Shown: in pieces, positions 53,710-64,000 of the stretch
How the letters are laid out: each line of letters begins with the position of its first letter
How positions within the stretch are numbered: position 1 is the stretch's first letter
Assembly (NCBI GenBank): GCA_002245135.1
Contig: NGBS01000886.1
Span: 62,001 to 126,000, forward strand
DNA from: Proteromonas lacertae
Taxonomy: Eukaryota
DNA length: 64,000 nt
Direction of reading: 5' to 3'
Program-made: the position numbers and the translations under genes
The notes under the pieces: generated by a model
What the model was told of the DNA's origin: nothing
The model's input: the letters and a program-made list of their open reading frames with translations, nothing else
Databases searched by the model: none

Positions 53710-54419
53710 TTACTGTCTTGCCTTCTTTCTATCAGCTTTTAATGTTGCATGGAAACCTGATTTAATTGCTGTCACTGATCTAGAAGATCCACATGACTCA
53801 CACTGAACAAACATTAAACGAGATGTTGGATCTTTCACTAACTTTGTGTCATAATTCTTACAAATACCACATTGTACATAATTCTCTAGATATTTTCTGA
53901 TTAAACTCTCCAAACTTGTGGCAGTGTATTTACCTTTTATTATAAACCTTCCTTTACTATCTACTGAACCATCAGTTCCCATTTCTGTTAAGAAAAATTG
54001 AATAATGTGACTTTGATCTCTTTTTAAGGCTCTTGCAATTTCTGCAAAATTTGTCCAACAACTCTTTATTCTTCCTAATCTTTGAACATTTGGTGGTTTT
54101 AAAGTGAATCTCTTCTTTTCTGTCAATTCTGGATTATTCACTCGAAGTAGTTCATACACTTTATCTAATAACTATACACAAATAACAACAAATGTGTAAA
54201 TACGTCAGTATATTTATATTTATCATCACCAGCATATTCAGCTGATACAAATGAATTATCTTCTACTTTTTTATTATCTTCTTCTTTCTTTGCCTTCTTC
54301 TTGTGTAATTTTGGATTAAAGAGATCAGCTATTAACTAGATACGATAAAGATTAAAAAATACAGCATCTTCATCTGCTGGATCAGCAGTAGATGGCGCAT
54401 CAGGTATTGTAGTTGACAT
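53710..54419 (-). CDS. EIF2S2: Translation initiation factor eIF2 beta subunit
   Basis: Two micro-introns; 'WTNFAEIARAL', 'EMGTDGSVD', 'YVQCGIC..CESCGSSRSV' zinc finger; Lys box in exon 2. Confidence 0.95.
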
Positions 54420-54506
54420 ATAAATCAAGAAATGAAAATTAGAATGAAAAATGAGTCAAACCTTCTAGGCTTGAGAAAGTATTTTGATTTTAGAAAATCT
54501 TTGAAA

Positions 54507-57186
54507 ATGTCGGATACTGATGATGATTCTATGAATGATGATATTTCAGACAATAACTATGATGATGATGATGACGATGATGATGATAACTACGATGAAA
54601 ACTTGAGTGATGAGGATGATTTTGAGGATGAAGAAGGAAATGACAATGAAGATAATGATGATGATGATGACGATGAAGAGTCAATGGATAGAATGAAAGC
54701 ATTGTTGAGTAGTTATTATGGAAGTCAAAACAAGGAAGAAAACAAAGAGGATGTGAAGAACATTGATTCTGGCATTTTTGATTATAAAAGTTTTTTAATA
54801 GAAAATTTAAACAATGGTAAAATCCAAGATTTGATAAAAATCGATAAACAATATTCCAAAGAACTTTCATCCTATGATAGTGATATGCAAAGTTTGGTGT
54901 ATGAGAATTATACAAAGTTCATATCGGCAACTGATACAATTAAAAACATGAAAACTCATATTGATGAAATGGAAACTGAAATGAAAAGCCTTCTAGAAAC
55001 TTCCCATGTGATTGATAGATCCTCTAAATCAATGAGCGAAGCATTCAATGAAAGAAGAACAAAAATAGATAAATTAGTGGGAGTAAACCGAATGATTAAA
55101 AATCTTGAACAATTATTAGATTTACCCGTCATATTGAACAGATCCGTTGATTTAGGTGCATTTCAACAAGCAGTTGTATATTTCACTACAGCCAAAGTCG
55201 TACTAAAGAAATATGAGCATGTTCCATCATTTAAGAATCTGTTGGATAAGAGTGAGAAGATAATGGAAGACTTAAAGGAACAATTGAAGAATGAATTAAA
55301 TGATAATAAAATATCAATTAACTCTGTATATATTATATTAATTATATTAATTTTATTTAGTTATCTGAACATATCAAGCTGTTACTTCAATTAAACTATG
55401 ATCCAATCATATTACGTAAACAATATATCGAATACTCCAAAAACCAAGTTAATGCGAAGAATTAAACTATTTTTACCTATTGAACAAAAGAAATACGTTG
55501 AAGTGGATGATGGTAGTAGTGATGACGAGAATAACGATCCAGAGGTAGTAAGAATAAGAGATGGACAACTGAAAACATCCGAAATACCATTACTTCATTT
55601 TATACAAGAATTAGATAGATATTTCTTAGAATATTTCATTCAAATTGCACATCGATATGTTGAATTATTCCCTTATACTGTTAAAGAGAATGAAGATGAA
55701 ATCAATCAAATGACATCAGAGTTATTTCAATTATACTTTAGAGCTGTGGATGCAAAACTTCAAAATGATATTTCAGGTGTAAATGCACATGTAAATAATA
55801 AAAATAATAATCAAAAATCATTATTTCATGATTTCTGTATTAGTTTACAACAATTTATAACTGATTGTCGAACTGCCCAATCAAATGTCCCTAATAGTGG
55901 AATTGTAGAATGTTCTAGAGGAATAGCAGAAAGTGCAATTCAATCACAATTAGACTTATCATTTGAATCATTCAGAAACAGTATAACGGATCTATTATTG
56001 GAACTACCAAATAAACTACACGATGATAATAGTAATAATAATGATAGCACTTTGGATAATAAAATGAATTTAATGAATGATTTTATCAATGTAGTAATGA
56101 ATAATTTGAAGAATACATTATTCAATGTGAATGGATTATTAACCTCTATGACTGATTCATTAGCATCAATGGCACAACCATTCAATATGTTATACCAACA
56201 ACATTTTCAACAAAGTATATTGTGGATTTCCAGTGCATTTGGATGTATTGCAAGTAGAAGTCATCCAGGTAATTTCAAAGGTAAATTGTATGGAATTGAA
56301 CAGCATGATAAAATGCCTTATCCAATTTTACCACATTTATATTCAGTAAGTGAAGATATATTGAATATAGAGAAATCACCATCATTGATCTTGTTATTGT
56401 TAATTATTATAAGAGAATTTCAGAATAGAGGAATAACAGAGAGTTTGAATCTATTAATTGAATTTTTACCCAATAATACATCCAGTTTAATTGATAAAAG
56501 AATGATTCATGAAGATATCAAATTATCACATTTAATTCAATGTTTAAAATACAGCGAATCCAGTCTATTAGAATGTTATGTTAATACACAAAGTGAAACT
56601 TTAGGAAAATGGTTAGATAAAGCTGTAAGTAGCAACAACAATAGTGTAGATGTAAAAGATATATCAGATGGAATAATCCATTATATTGAAGAATTGCAAT
56701 TCGTATGTAAAGAAATATCACCACTATTTCATGTGAATGTATATAAAATGGAAGATGAACCAATATGGATATTAACTCCATTTAGTCCTGCAATGTGGGG
56801 ATATAATGATCAATTAAATGATAATACAACAAGTCCACATTCAAACCAAGAAGAAATAATAATGGAGAATAGGAATAAACTAGATACATTATCATTTGAT
56901 AGAGATTCTTTATTGAATAGAGTGATATTTAATAGTTTAAAGATGATGTTAGAAGAAGTGAGAGAGAGTGTTTATACTCCCAAAGGATTTGGTCAATTAG
57001 AAACAGATATATCATTTGTTGAGATTGTTATTGCCTATATTCTTAGATGATACTCAGATAATTGATAATTTATTGTTATTAATAATGCAAGGTGCATTTG
57101 ATCGATGTGGTGAAGCTGAAGAAGTGGATGGAGATAAGATTGTGGAGATAAGTAAATATACTTATGGATTATTGAATTGGAAATGA
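54507..57186 (+). CDS. VPS51: GARP/EARP complex subunit VPS51
   Basis: 'LLSSYYG', 'DSDMQSLVYENYTKFISATDTIKNM', 'GFGQLETD'. Intron 55326-55360; +1 indels near 55441 and 57046. Confidence 0.88.
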
Positions 57187-57287
57187 AATATATAAATAAT
57201 TATCTTCCATTATTTTTTATTTTTTTGTTTTTTTTAATTTTATTCACAAAAACAACAATACAATTACAATTACAAAGAATCAATTAT

Positions 57288-58208
57288 TTACTTAGCAGCA
57301 AATGGTGGTGGAAGTCTTTTACTGCTTTTACCACTTGCTAATAACTTCTTCTTACTAAATTCTACATCATCTTCTCTCTCTGGTAACTTCATTAAACCTA
57401 AAGCATCATCTGGATGATTTTTCTTATATTCCTTCATCAATCCTTTAAAGTATCTTACAGTTCTTACCTTAAGCTCTAATGTAGCATCCTTATCACATAC
57501 TACTACTGACTTTGGATGTAATTGAAATGCTGATACTGGACATATATGAGATATTGAACCTTCTACAATATTAGATAAAGCCATCGCATGCTTTGGACCA
57601 CTTACAGCAACCATTAACTCATGAGCTTGCATTAAAGTATTAATACCGCAAGTTAAAGCTACACTTGGTACATTATTGACATTATTGTCAAATACATCAG
57701 CAAATGCTAATTTTGTTTCATAAGACAAGGTCTTTGGTCTTGTGATTGAGTATAAGCTTGATCCTGGTTCGTTAAAGCCTACATGACCATCTTCACCAAT
57801 GCATGTGACAAATAGATCAATACCACCAAATGCTTTAATATCATTTTCATATCTATCACATTCAGCATCTAAATCTTCAGCATTTCCATCTAAGAAATGA
57901 ACATTTTCAGGTGCAATTGAGATGAGACTGAAGAAATGTCTGAACATGAATGTATGAGAACTATGTGGATGGCTTTCTGGTATTCCAACAAATTCTTCCA
58001 TTGTAAATGTAACAACATTGGCAAATGATACTTTACCTTCTTTAGCAAGTTGTGCTAAATTCTCATAAATACCAACTAATGATCTACCTGTTGATAAACC
58101 AAGCACAAATGGGTAAGCAGTGTCTTTATATTCATTAATACATTTGGCAATATAATTAGCTGCCCAAACATTCATTTCTTTATTATCATGAGCTATGACA
58201 AGACGCAT
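57288..58208 (-). CDS. nagB: Glucosamine-6-phosphate deaminase (NagB/GNPDA), divergent
   Basis: 'MRLVI', 'FVLGLSTG', 'GGIDLF', 'IGEDGHVGFNEPGSSL', 'SAFQLHP', 'ATLELKVRTVRYFKGL'; intronless. Confidence 0.9.
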   Translation of the reverse strand: MRLVIAHDNKEMNVWAANYIAKCINEYKDTAYPFVLGLSTGRSLVGIYENLAQLAKEGKVSFANVVTFTMEEFVGIPESHPHSSHTFMFRHFFSLISIAPENVHFLDGNAEDLDAECDRYENDIKAFGGIDLFVTCIGEDGHVGFNEPGSSLYSITRPKTLSYETKLAFADVFDNNVNNVPSVALTCGINTLMQAHELMVAVSGPKHAMALSNIVEGSISHICPVSAFQLHPKSVVVCDKDATLELKVRTVRYFKGLMKEYKKNHPDDALGLMKLPEREDDVEFSKKKLLASGKSSKRLPPPFAAK

Positions 58209-58467
58209 TTTGACTATTAGAATTTAAATGAATGGATTTTAAAGATTAAAAAGCATTATTAGATAGAAAATAAAATTAATATGCAAAAAATGATAAAGAT
58301 AGAGTATATAAAGGTGTACATACGATGAAAATGAATAAAACTGCTAGAAGATTCTTTGAAATATATCCGTTTCAAACACATGTAATTTTTTGACTTTCTT
58401 CATAAAATAGAATGAAAACAATATCATAAACAATATTTATATAGATGATTATCAATAATAATGATTT

Positions 58468-59864
58468 TTATGCACATTTTTTCTCTTCTCCTGAGTTCAT
58501 TCTATGAAATAGTTTTGCTTCTTCAACAATAAGTTTTCTTAATTCAGTTTTCTCTTGTTCTATACCCATAGTTGGCATTTGCTCAAATGGGAATGACATT
58601 GCGGTTGAAGTTGTTTCTTTTGATGGTCTTCTTACAGCTTTTATATATTCATGTTCCAATGCATCTTTCACAGTAATTCTCTTCTTTGGATTAAACTTCA
58701 ACATCCTCTCAAGAAGGTCAATAGCTGATTTCTCAACATAAGGGTATAATATACCAAAATTAATAGGAGATCTATAATCTAACTTTGATAAATAATTTCT
58801 AATCTTCTCATCCTTAATCTCAGCAATATCTTCAGCACTGGGAGTTCCAATCACATCAAATATCCTTTGTACTTGATGAGTAGTTTTATTAAACTCATCT
58901 TCACTCACACTATCACGTGGTTTACCTGGAGGTCTATTGGACAATGGATAGCAAGTAGCACCAGGGAATAATGGTTTAGCTTTTTTACCTTCAGGATCAA
59001 GTGTTTGTATTAATTCAGCCATAATACAACCAACACTCCACATATCGATTTGTGCATTGTAATAAGACTCTAACAAACACAATTCTGGAGCTCTATACCA
59101 TCTTGTTACTACATGTTGTGTTAGTGGTTTTTGATCATTACTGGATTTAGATTCGTTTTTATCTGGCTTTTCTTTCATATCGTGAATACCTGCTCTTGCA
59201 ATATCCTCCTGTTGATCGTGGTAAAATGAAGCATCTATTTGTCGAGCTAAGCCAAAATCGATGATTTTCAAATCGCATTGTTCACTCATTAAGATATTGG
59301 AAGGTTTTAAATCACGATGAACTATTCCTGCACTTTGCATGTAATATAAACCACATAACATTTGATATACTATATATTTTACATGAGTTGCTGACCAACC
59401 TGTTATTTTACGAGAATTTTTAACTATTCTAGCTAAATCCCAACCACCATAATCTTGTATTACCCACAAATTCGTGAAGGATTCTGGGTTAGGAGGCACT
59501 AATACATCTCTATTTATTTTTACATAATTGTCAACTTATACCTTATCTTACAGATATTTCGATGATTGCACTGTCTTAAAATTGATATTTCCCTAAGAGT
59601 TCTTTTAGCATCGGTACGAGTTTGAAAAACGTTTTCTATGACTTTTATAGCCACTCTATTCGAAGATAAAAAACAATCTCAATACTTTCCTCCAGTTGTT
59701 CTATCTGTACTTTCATATACTATACCATAAGCACCTTTGCCAATTTCCTTATCAATCTTATATCTTGTACCAATTTCTTTTGGTGTGTCTTGTGGAAGGT
59801 CTTCCATCCAAAATTCATCATCCTATGGTAATGTAATAGGCACAAAATATACTGAATCACTCAT
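58468..59864 (-). CDS. Mitogen-activated protein kinase with atypical TQH activation motif
   Basis: 'IGKGAYGIV', 'VAIK', 'AKRTLREISIL', 'HRDLKPSN', 'DFGLAR', 'LTQHVVTRWYRAPE'; three coding micro-introns. Confidence 0.92.
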
Positions 59865-60241
59865 CTGACTAATATAAACGATAGATTAAGCTTAAAATCA
59901 ATAAAGATACTATTAGAAGTGAAACTGTAATTTTCAGTCGGTTATGCGGTTCTCTGAGTTTCTATGTTTTTGAGGTAAATTTGTTAAAATAGAATTGAAA
60001 TCATTAAATATGAATAAAATATTCATGTAGACATAATGAGAAGATTATTGAATTGACAAAAAACACATTAACTCATTCGAAGATTTGTGTTCTACACACA
60101 GATTTTTGATTTTATAGATGATTTTAGTAAATGGTGCTTAGTTATATTATTTTTAATGATTTTTTTCTTATTTTGGTTGAATTAATAATAAGATTTTTGA
60201 GGAGAGGTAATTTCATGTAATTTATAAACCGTAATTTACAC

Positions 60242-61181
60242 ATGAGTTTGGTTGGTTATCTTTGCTGCTTATTGTGTAGGAACAACTGTAATAAATCAAA
60301 AGTATCAGCACCATTCACTTTTTTCCCACCAGATCCGCCTGGCTGTATAGTAATTGGTTATGATCTTTTCAATAGACACCGTAAAGTTGAATGATAAGGG
60401 TGAATACGAGTTTTCCTCATTAAGAAAATACTCAGAATCATATAAAGACTTATTTCATCTAAGGTTGATAAAGGTTTCAAAGAAGAGCAGTATTATGACT
60501 TTGTTTATCAGAAACACAAAGGCAGAGTATATAAATTATATGTTTATAATGTCATATTTTAGATACACTCTGTTATATTCTCATGGCAATGCTAGTGATT
60601 TAGGTCATTTATTAGATACTTTAATATTTATATCCCAAGAGTTGTGTGTTAATGTAATGGCATATGATTATGCTGGCTATGGTAGTAGTAACGGTAAACC
60701 TCACGAAACAGTCGTTTTACAAGATTGTGATGCTGTTTATCATTATTTGATATCAGAACTACAAATATCACCAAAACAGATAATAGTTTATGGAGTAAGT
60801 ATTGGAAGTGGTCCTACCTGTCATTTAGCATCTCATTTTGATGTAGGTGGAATAATAATTCAATGTGGAATATTATCTGGATTTAAAGTAGTGAATTTAA
60901 ACACCTGTGGTTGCTTTGATACGTTTAAGAATTATAATGAAGTGAAGAGGATAAAGTGCCCTGCTATGGTTATGCATGGACAGAAAGATACAGTTGTTAA
61001 TGTCTCACATGGAAGGAAATTGTTCAAATTGATTCCAGAGAAATACCGAGTTTTGGCTTGGTATCCTGTCAATGCAGATCATAATGATATTATTGAAAAG
61101 AATACTGATGAATATTTGTTGAAAATGACACAGTTTCTTGCTTATTTGAAGAATCATCAGAATGAGGTGGAATGTATCTAG
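60242..61181 (+). CDS. ABHD17: ABHD17-like alpha/beta hydrolase (depalmitoylase)
   Basis: N-terminal Cys cluster 'LCCLLC', 'FFPPDPP', 'LYSHGNASDLG', 'YDYAGYG', GxSxG 'GVSIG', 'HGQKDTVV', 'DHND'. Confidence 0.88.
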
Positions 61182-61850
61182 TGAAATTACTTCTTTTAGG
61201 ATAATAAATTTAAGTTTAAATGTGATTTTTTAGTGATATTTTATGTGTAGGTTTGATTACCTCAAATATTTAGTTTCAGTTTTACATTTTATCACAATAT
61301 ATAGTGATTATACAAGCATAGTTACATTCAAGATATTATATTAAACAAATAATCTACATAATAAACACACTCAAAAGAATTTGATGTGTGATTTTAACCT
61401 TTACGCTTTAGAAATAGGATTTTCATCTTTATAATCACTTTCATATAATAAGCACAATATAATCTACTATATAAGCTATCTAACTACCAAAAAGTAATTC
61501 ATTATATATTTTTAAAAACAATATCATTGCCGTATGATTCTTTAATCTCTACAATCATTGTTTATTGTTAGTATTCATCAATAAAATATCTACATGTAAA
61601 ATTCAAAACCAAAAGATTCCAAAATTTTGGTTAAAACACCCAAAAATTGATATGGTGTTTCAATATTTTTCGCAACACCTATTTTTTAATTGAATGTGAT
61701 TGGAAGTTTCTAAGGATCTTTTCTTTGATTAATTCCTGTTTTAATATTTATTTATATGTATATATTATTTATAATATAATATCTTTGATATTACTTTTCA
61801 GATTTCACCATTTAAACACATTTTTATTCTAATCTTTATAGATTTAAAAC

Positions 61851-63074
61851 ATGTCTCGTTTAGATAAGAAAATAAAGGAACTGAGAGCACTTCCTGCCAA
61901 TAAAAAATGTTTTGATTGTGGTGGTAGTGTATAGTAACTATTCTTTACTCAATTTAGGGTCCAACATACTTAGTTCGTGACTTTGAAATATTTGTTTGTT
62001 CCACTTGTGGTGGTATTCAGTATAGTCATATTTTTAAATGTTTAATAGTCGTAACTTTCAACATACTGTTCAAGGTATCACAATGGTAAAGTTAACAATG
62101 GATGATATAAAGAAGATTGAAGCTGGCGGTAATGAAAATGCAGCAAACAAATATTTAGCCGAATATGATGGTCAAATAAAGAAACCTACAAGTAGTTCAG
62201 ACACAAATGCAGTAAATAGTTGGATAGAAGCAGTATTTGTAAATGAAAAATTCGTTAAAGGAGGTAGTAAGAAGAATAAGAAGGGAAAGAAGAAGCACGA
62301 TTCAGATGATGATGATGATGATGACGATGATGATGATGAAGAGGAAGAAAAGCCAAGGAAAGGTAAGAAAGGTAAGAAGAGTAAGAAAGACGATTCAGAT
62401 GATGATGATGACGATGATGAAGATGACAAACCAAAGAAAAAAGGAAAAGGCAAAAAAGGTAAGAAAGATGATTCAGATGATGATTCTGATGAATCTCCAA
62501 AAGGAAGAAAAGAGAAGAAATCAAAAGGAAGTGCTTGGGACTTTGATGAAGATGATGATGATGCACCAAAGAAGAAAGGCAAAGGAAAGAAGGGTAAAAA
62601 AGGAGGAGATGATGATGATGATGAAGATGACAAACCAAAGAAAAAAGGTAAAGGCAAGAAAGGAAAGAAGGATGAAGAGGAAGATGAAGATGATGAAGAT
62701 GATAAGCCAAAGAAAAAAGGTAAAGGTAAGAAAGGTAAGGAAGAAGAATTACCTGAAGATGATGAAAGTGATAGTGAAGATGATAAACCAAAACCAAAAG
62801 CTGTATCTCGTATAAAGACAAAGAGTCTTAAAGACCTTAAAAAGATGAAGAATAAAGGAGGTGATGATGATGATGATGAAGACGAAGATGATGCTCCTAA
62901 AAAGGGTAAAGGAAAAGGTAAGAAAGGAAAGAAAGGAGGTGATTCAGATGAAGATGAAGATGATGAACCAAAGAAAGGAAAGAAAGGTAAAAAGAGAAAG
63001 AAACAAGATTCTGATTCAGATGAAGATGAAGATGATGAACCAAAGAAAGGCAAGAAAGGCCAAGAAAGGCAAAC

Positions 63075-63112
<38 letters not shown>

Positions 63113-63610
63113 AATGCCTTTGGAGATGATGATGCTGACTTTGGATTTGATGCACCAGCTGATGATGGTGGTGCTTCTGCAGGTGGACCTCCAGCTAAAA
63201 CAGCTGATGATTTAATGAATATGTTTGATGATTTATTACCACAACCAGCTCCACCAGCACCAGCAGCTGCTCCTCCTCCACCAGCTTATCCAGGATACCC
63301 ACCACAACCAGGTTATCCACCTCAACCTGGATATCCTCCACAACCTGGCTATCCACCAGCTCCAGGTTATCCACCAGCACCAGCATATCCAGGATATCCT
63401 CCACAACCAGGTTATCCACCACAAGCACCACCTGCAGCTCCACCAGCTGCTAATCCATTTGCTGCACCACCAAGAGCTCCTGCACCTGCTGCAAATCCTT
63501 TCGCTGCTGCTCCAAGAGCACCTGCTCCTGCTGCTAACCCATTCGCTGCAGCACCAGCTGCTCCAAGTAATCCATTCGCATCAGCTGGAACAAATAATCC
63601 ATTTGCATAA
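61851..63610 (+). CDS. ArfGAP (AGFG/HRB-like) with K/G-poly-D repeats, PGYPPQ repeats and five NPF motifs
   Basis: 'NKKCFDCG...FVCSTCGGIHR' zinc finger after removing introns 61929-61957 and 62020-62048; 'GGNENA'; extra C at about 63061 joins the two ORFs. Confidence 0.85.
62269..63110 (+). repeat. Coding repeats alternating KKGKGKKGKK and poly-Asp/Glu blocks
   Basis: Roughly nine imperfect (basic block + GAT/GAA run) units. Confidence 0.9.
63287..63424 (+). repeat. Coding PGYPP[QA] hexapeptide repeats
   Basis: 18-nt period CCAGG.TA.CC.CC. units, synonymously diverged. Confidence 0.9.
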
Positions 63611-63746
63611 AGTTTATATTTTATTATTATTATTATTTTTTTATGTAAATTTTTAATTAGTTTTTATGTGGAAAATAGTTATTTAAAATAATCCCTCCCC
63701 TAAAAAAACATGAAAAATAAACATAAATCTATTAATTATATTTGAA

Positions 63747-64000
63747 TTAACTGAAATTATCTTCTAAATCACCTTCATTTGCTTTATCTATATTAGCATC
63801 AGCTTCAACTGTAGTAAAATCTAAGAAGTGAGATGGTCTATGAGTTTCATTATAGAATTCTTTGGGAATATCTAATTTCAACGAGTATTTCATTTCATTC
63901 GAGAAACTAATACCAGTGAAATTATAATTCCATGACCTTTCTTCTGGTACTAAGAAACTACCCATAAACTTCTCACTCAATAATAATTGAGATTTTTCAT
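63747..64000 (-). CDS. PRPF8: Pre-mRNA splicing factor PRP8, C-terminal PROCT end (partial)
   Basis: 'QLLLSEKFMGSFLVP...SWNYNFTG...YSLKLDIPKEFYNETHRPSHFLDF'. Confidence 0.95.
   Translation of the reverse strand, partial: EKSQLLLSEKFMGSFLVPEERSWNYNFTGISFSNEMKYSLKLDIPKEFYNETHRPSHFLDFTTVEADANIDKANEGDLEDNFS

Noticed and set aside
20062..57050. Stop-codon reassignment or selenocysteine at apparent internal stops (20062 TGA, 23891 TAG, 29254 TGA, 57048 TGA)
   Set aside because: Homology continues in a different frame after each stop, so read-through would not rescue them. TAA, TAG and TGA all end intact genes here.
1..58208. Glycan/amino-sugar gene cluster (GT92, SLC17 x3, FucT-GalT, NagB)
   Set aside because: The genes are spread over 58 kb among unrelated housekeeping genes, with no evidence of co-regulation.
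61182..61850. Longest intergenic gap as an ncRNA or mobile element
   Set aside because: No tRNA/snRNA fold, terminal repeats or credible ORF was seen. A covariance-model search would be needed to exclude small RNAs.
15838..63078. Euplotes-like programmed +1 frameshifting at stop codons
   Set aside because: There is no shared slippery motif. At 15838, 18698 and 63061 the shift point lies several codons before the stop, and some sites are deletions.
62172..63155. Long minus-strand Ser/Phe ORF and other overlapping ORFs (62243, 62255, 63225, 5738, 45705, 54529)
   Set aside because: These are shadow frames of low-complexity or AT-rich coding sequence on the other strand or frame.
62269..63424. 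Regularly spaced repeats as a CRISPR array or satellite
   Set aside because: Units vary at synonymous positions and encode peptide repeats within a eukaryotic gene. There are no spacers or cas genes.
1..64000. Blastocystis-type stop codons created by polyadenylation
   Set aside because: Every gene whose 3' end could be traced has a genomic stop. GT-rich tracts follow many stops, but no case needs a poly(A)-completed TAA.

Overview
This is a very AT-rich, gene-dense eukaryotic (protist) nuclear segment, not a prokaryotic one. It holds about 31 protein-coding genes in the standard code, split by tiny spliceosomal introns of mostly 25-40 nt that nearly all begin GTAT. A Mas/Sig1/Ocm1-type mastigoneme gene, the miniature introns and retained minor-type introns point to a stramenopile, probably the Blastocystis/Proteromonas lineage (inference). 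Housekeeping and signalling genes include an SRSF1-like SR protein, an ADCY10-like soluble adenylyl cyclase-STAND protein, a BEACH/WD40 protein, ELP4, an RNA exonuclease, TTLL9, eIF2-beta, VPS51, GlcN6P deaminase, a TxH MAPK, ABHD17, an AGFG-like ArfGAP and the 3' end of PRP8. Highlights: (1) a tandem trio of unrecognised, predicted GPI-anchored, mucin-like, Cys-rich surface proteins with an RxLR..EER-like leader and further PEXEL-like RxLx[DE] sites; (2) a conserved AT-AC (U12-type) micro-intron in each of three tandem SLC17 transporters, which also show a gene-conversion tract and intron presence/absence differences; (3) a GTAT-dominated 5' splice consensus; (4) a heavily frameshifted mastigoneme gene tail-to-tail with TTLL9; (5) a fucosyltransferase-galactosyltransferase fusion; (6) an inverted pair of C2-like/Zn-ribbon paralogues. 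Many single-base frameshifts, mostly insertions, look like long-read consensus errors. All gene models were spliced by eye, so boundaries may be off by a few bases.
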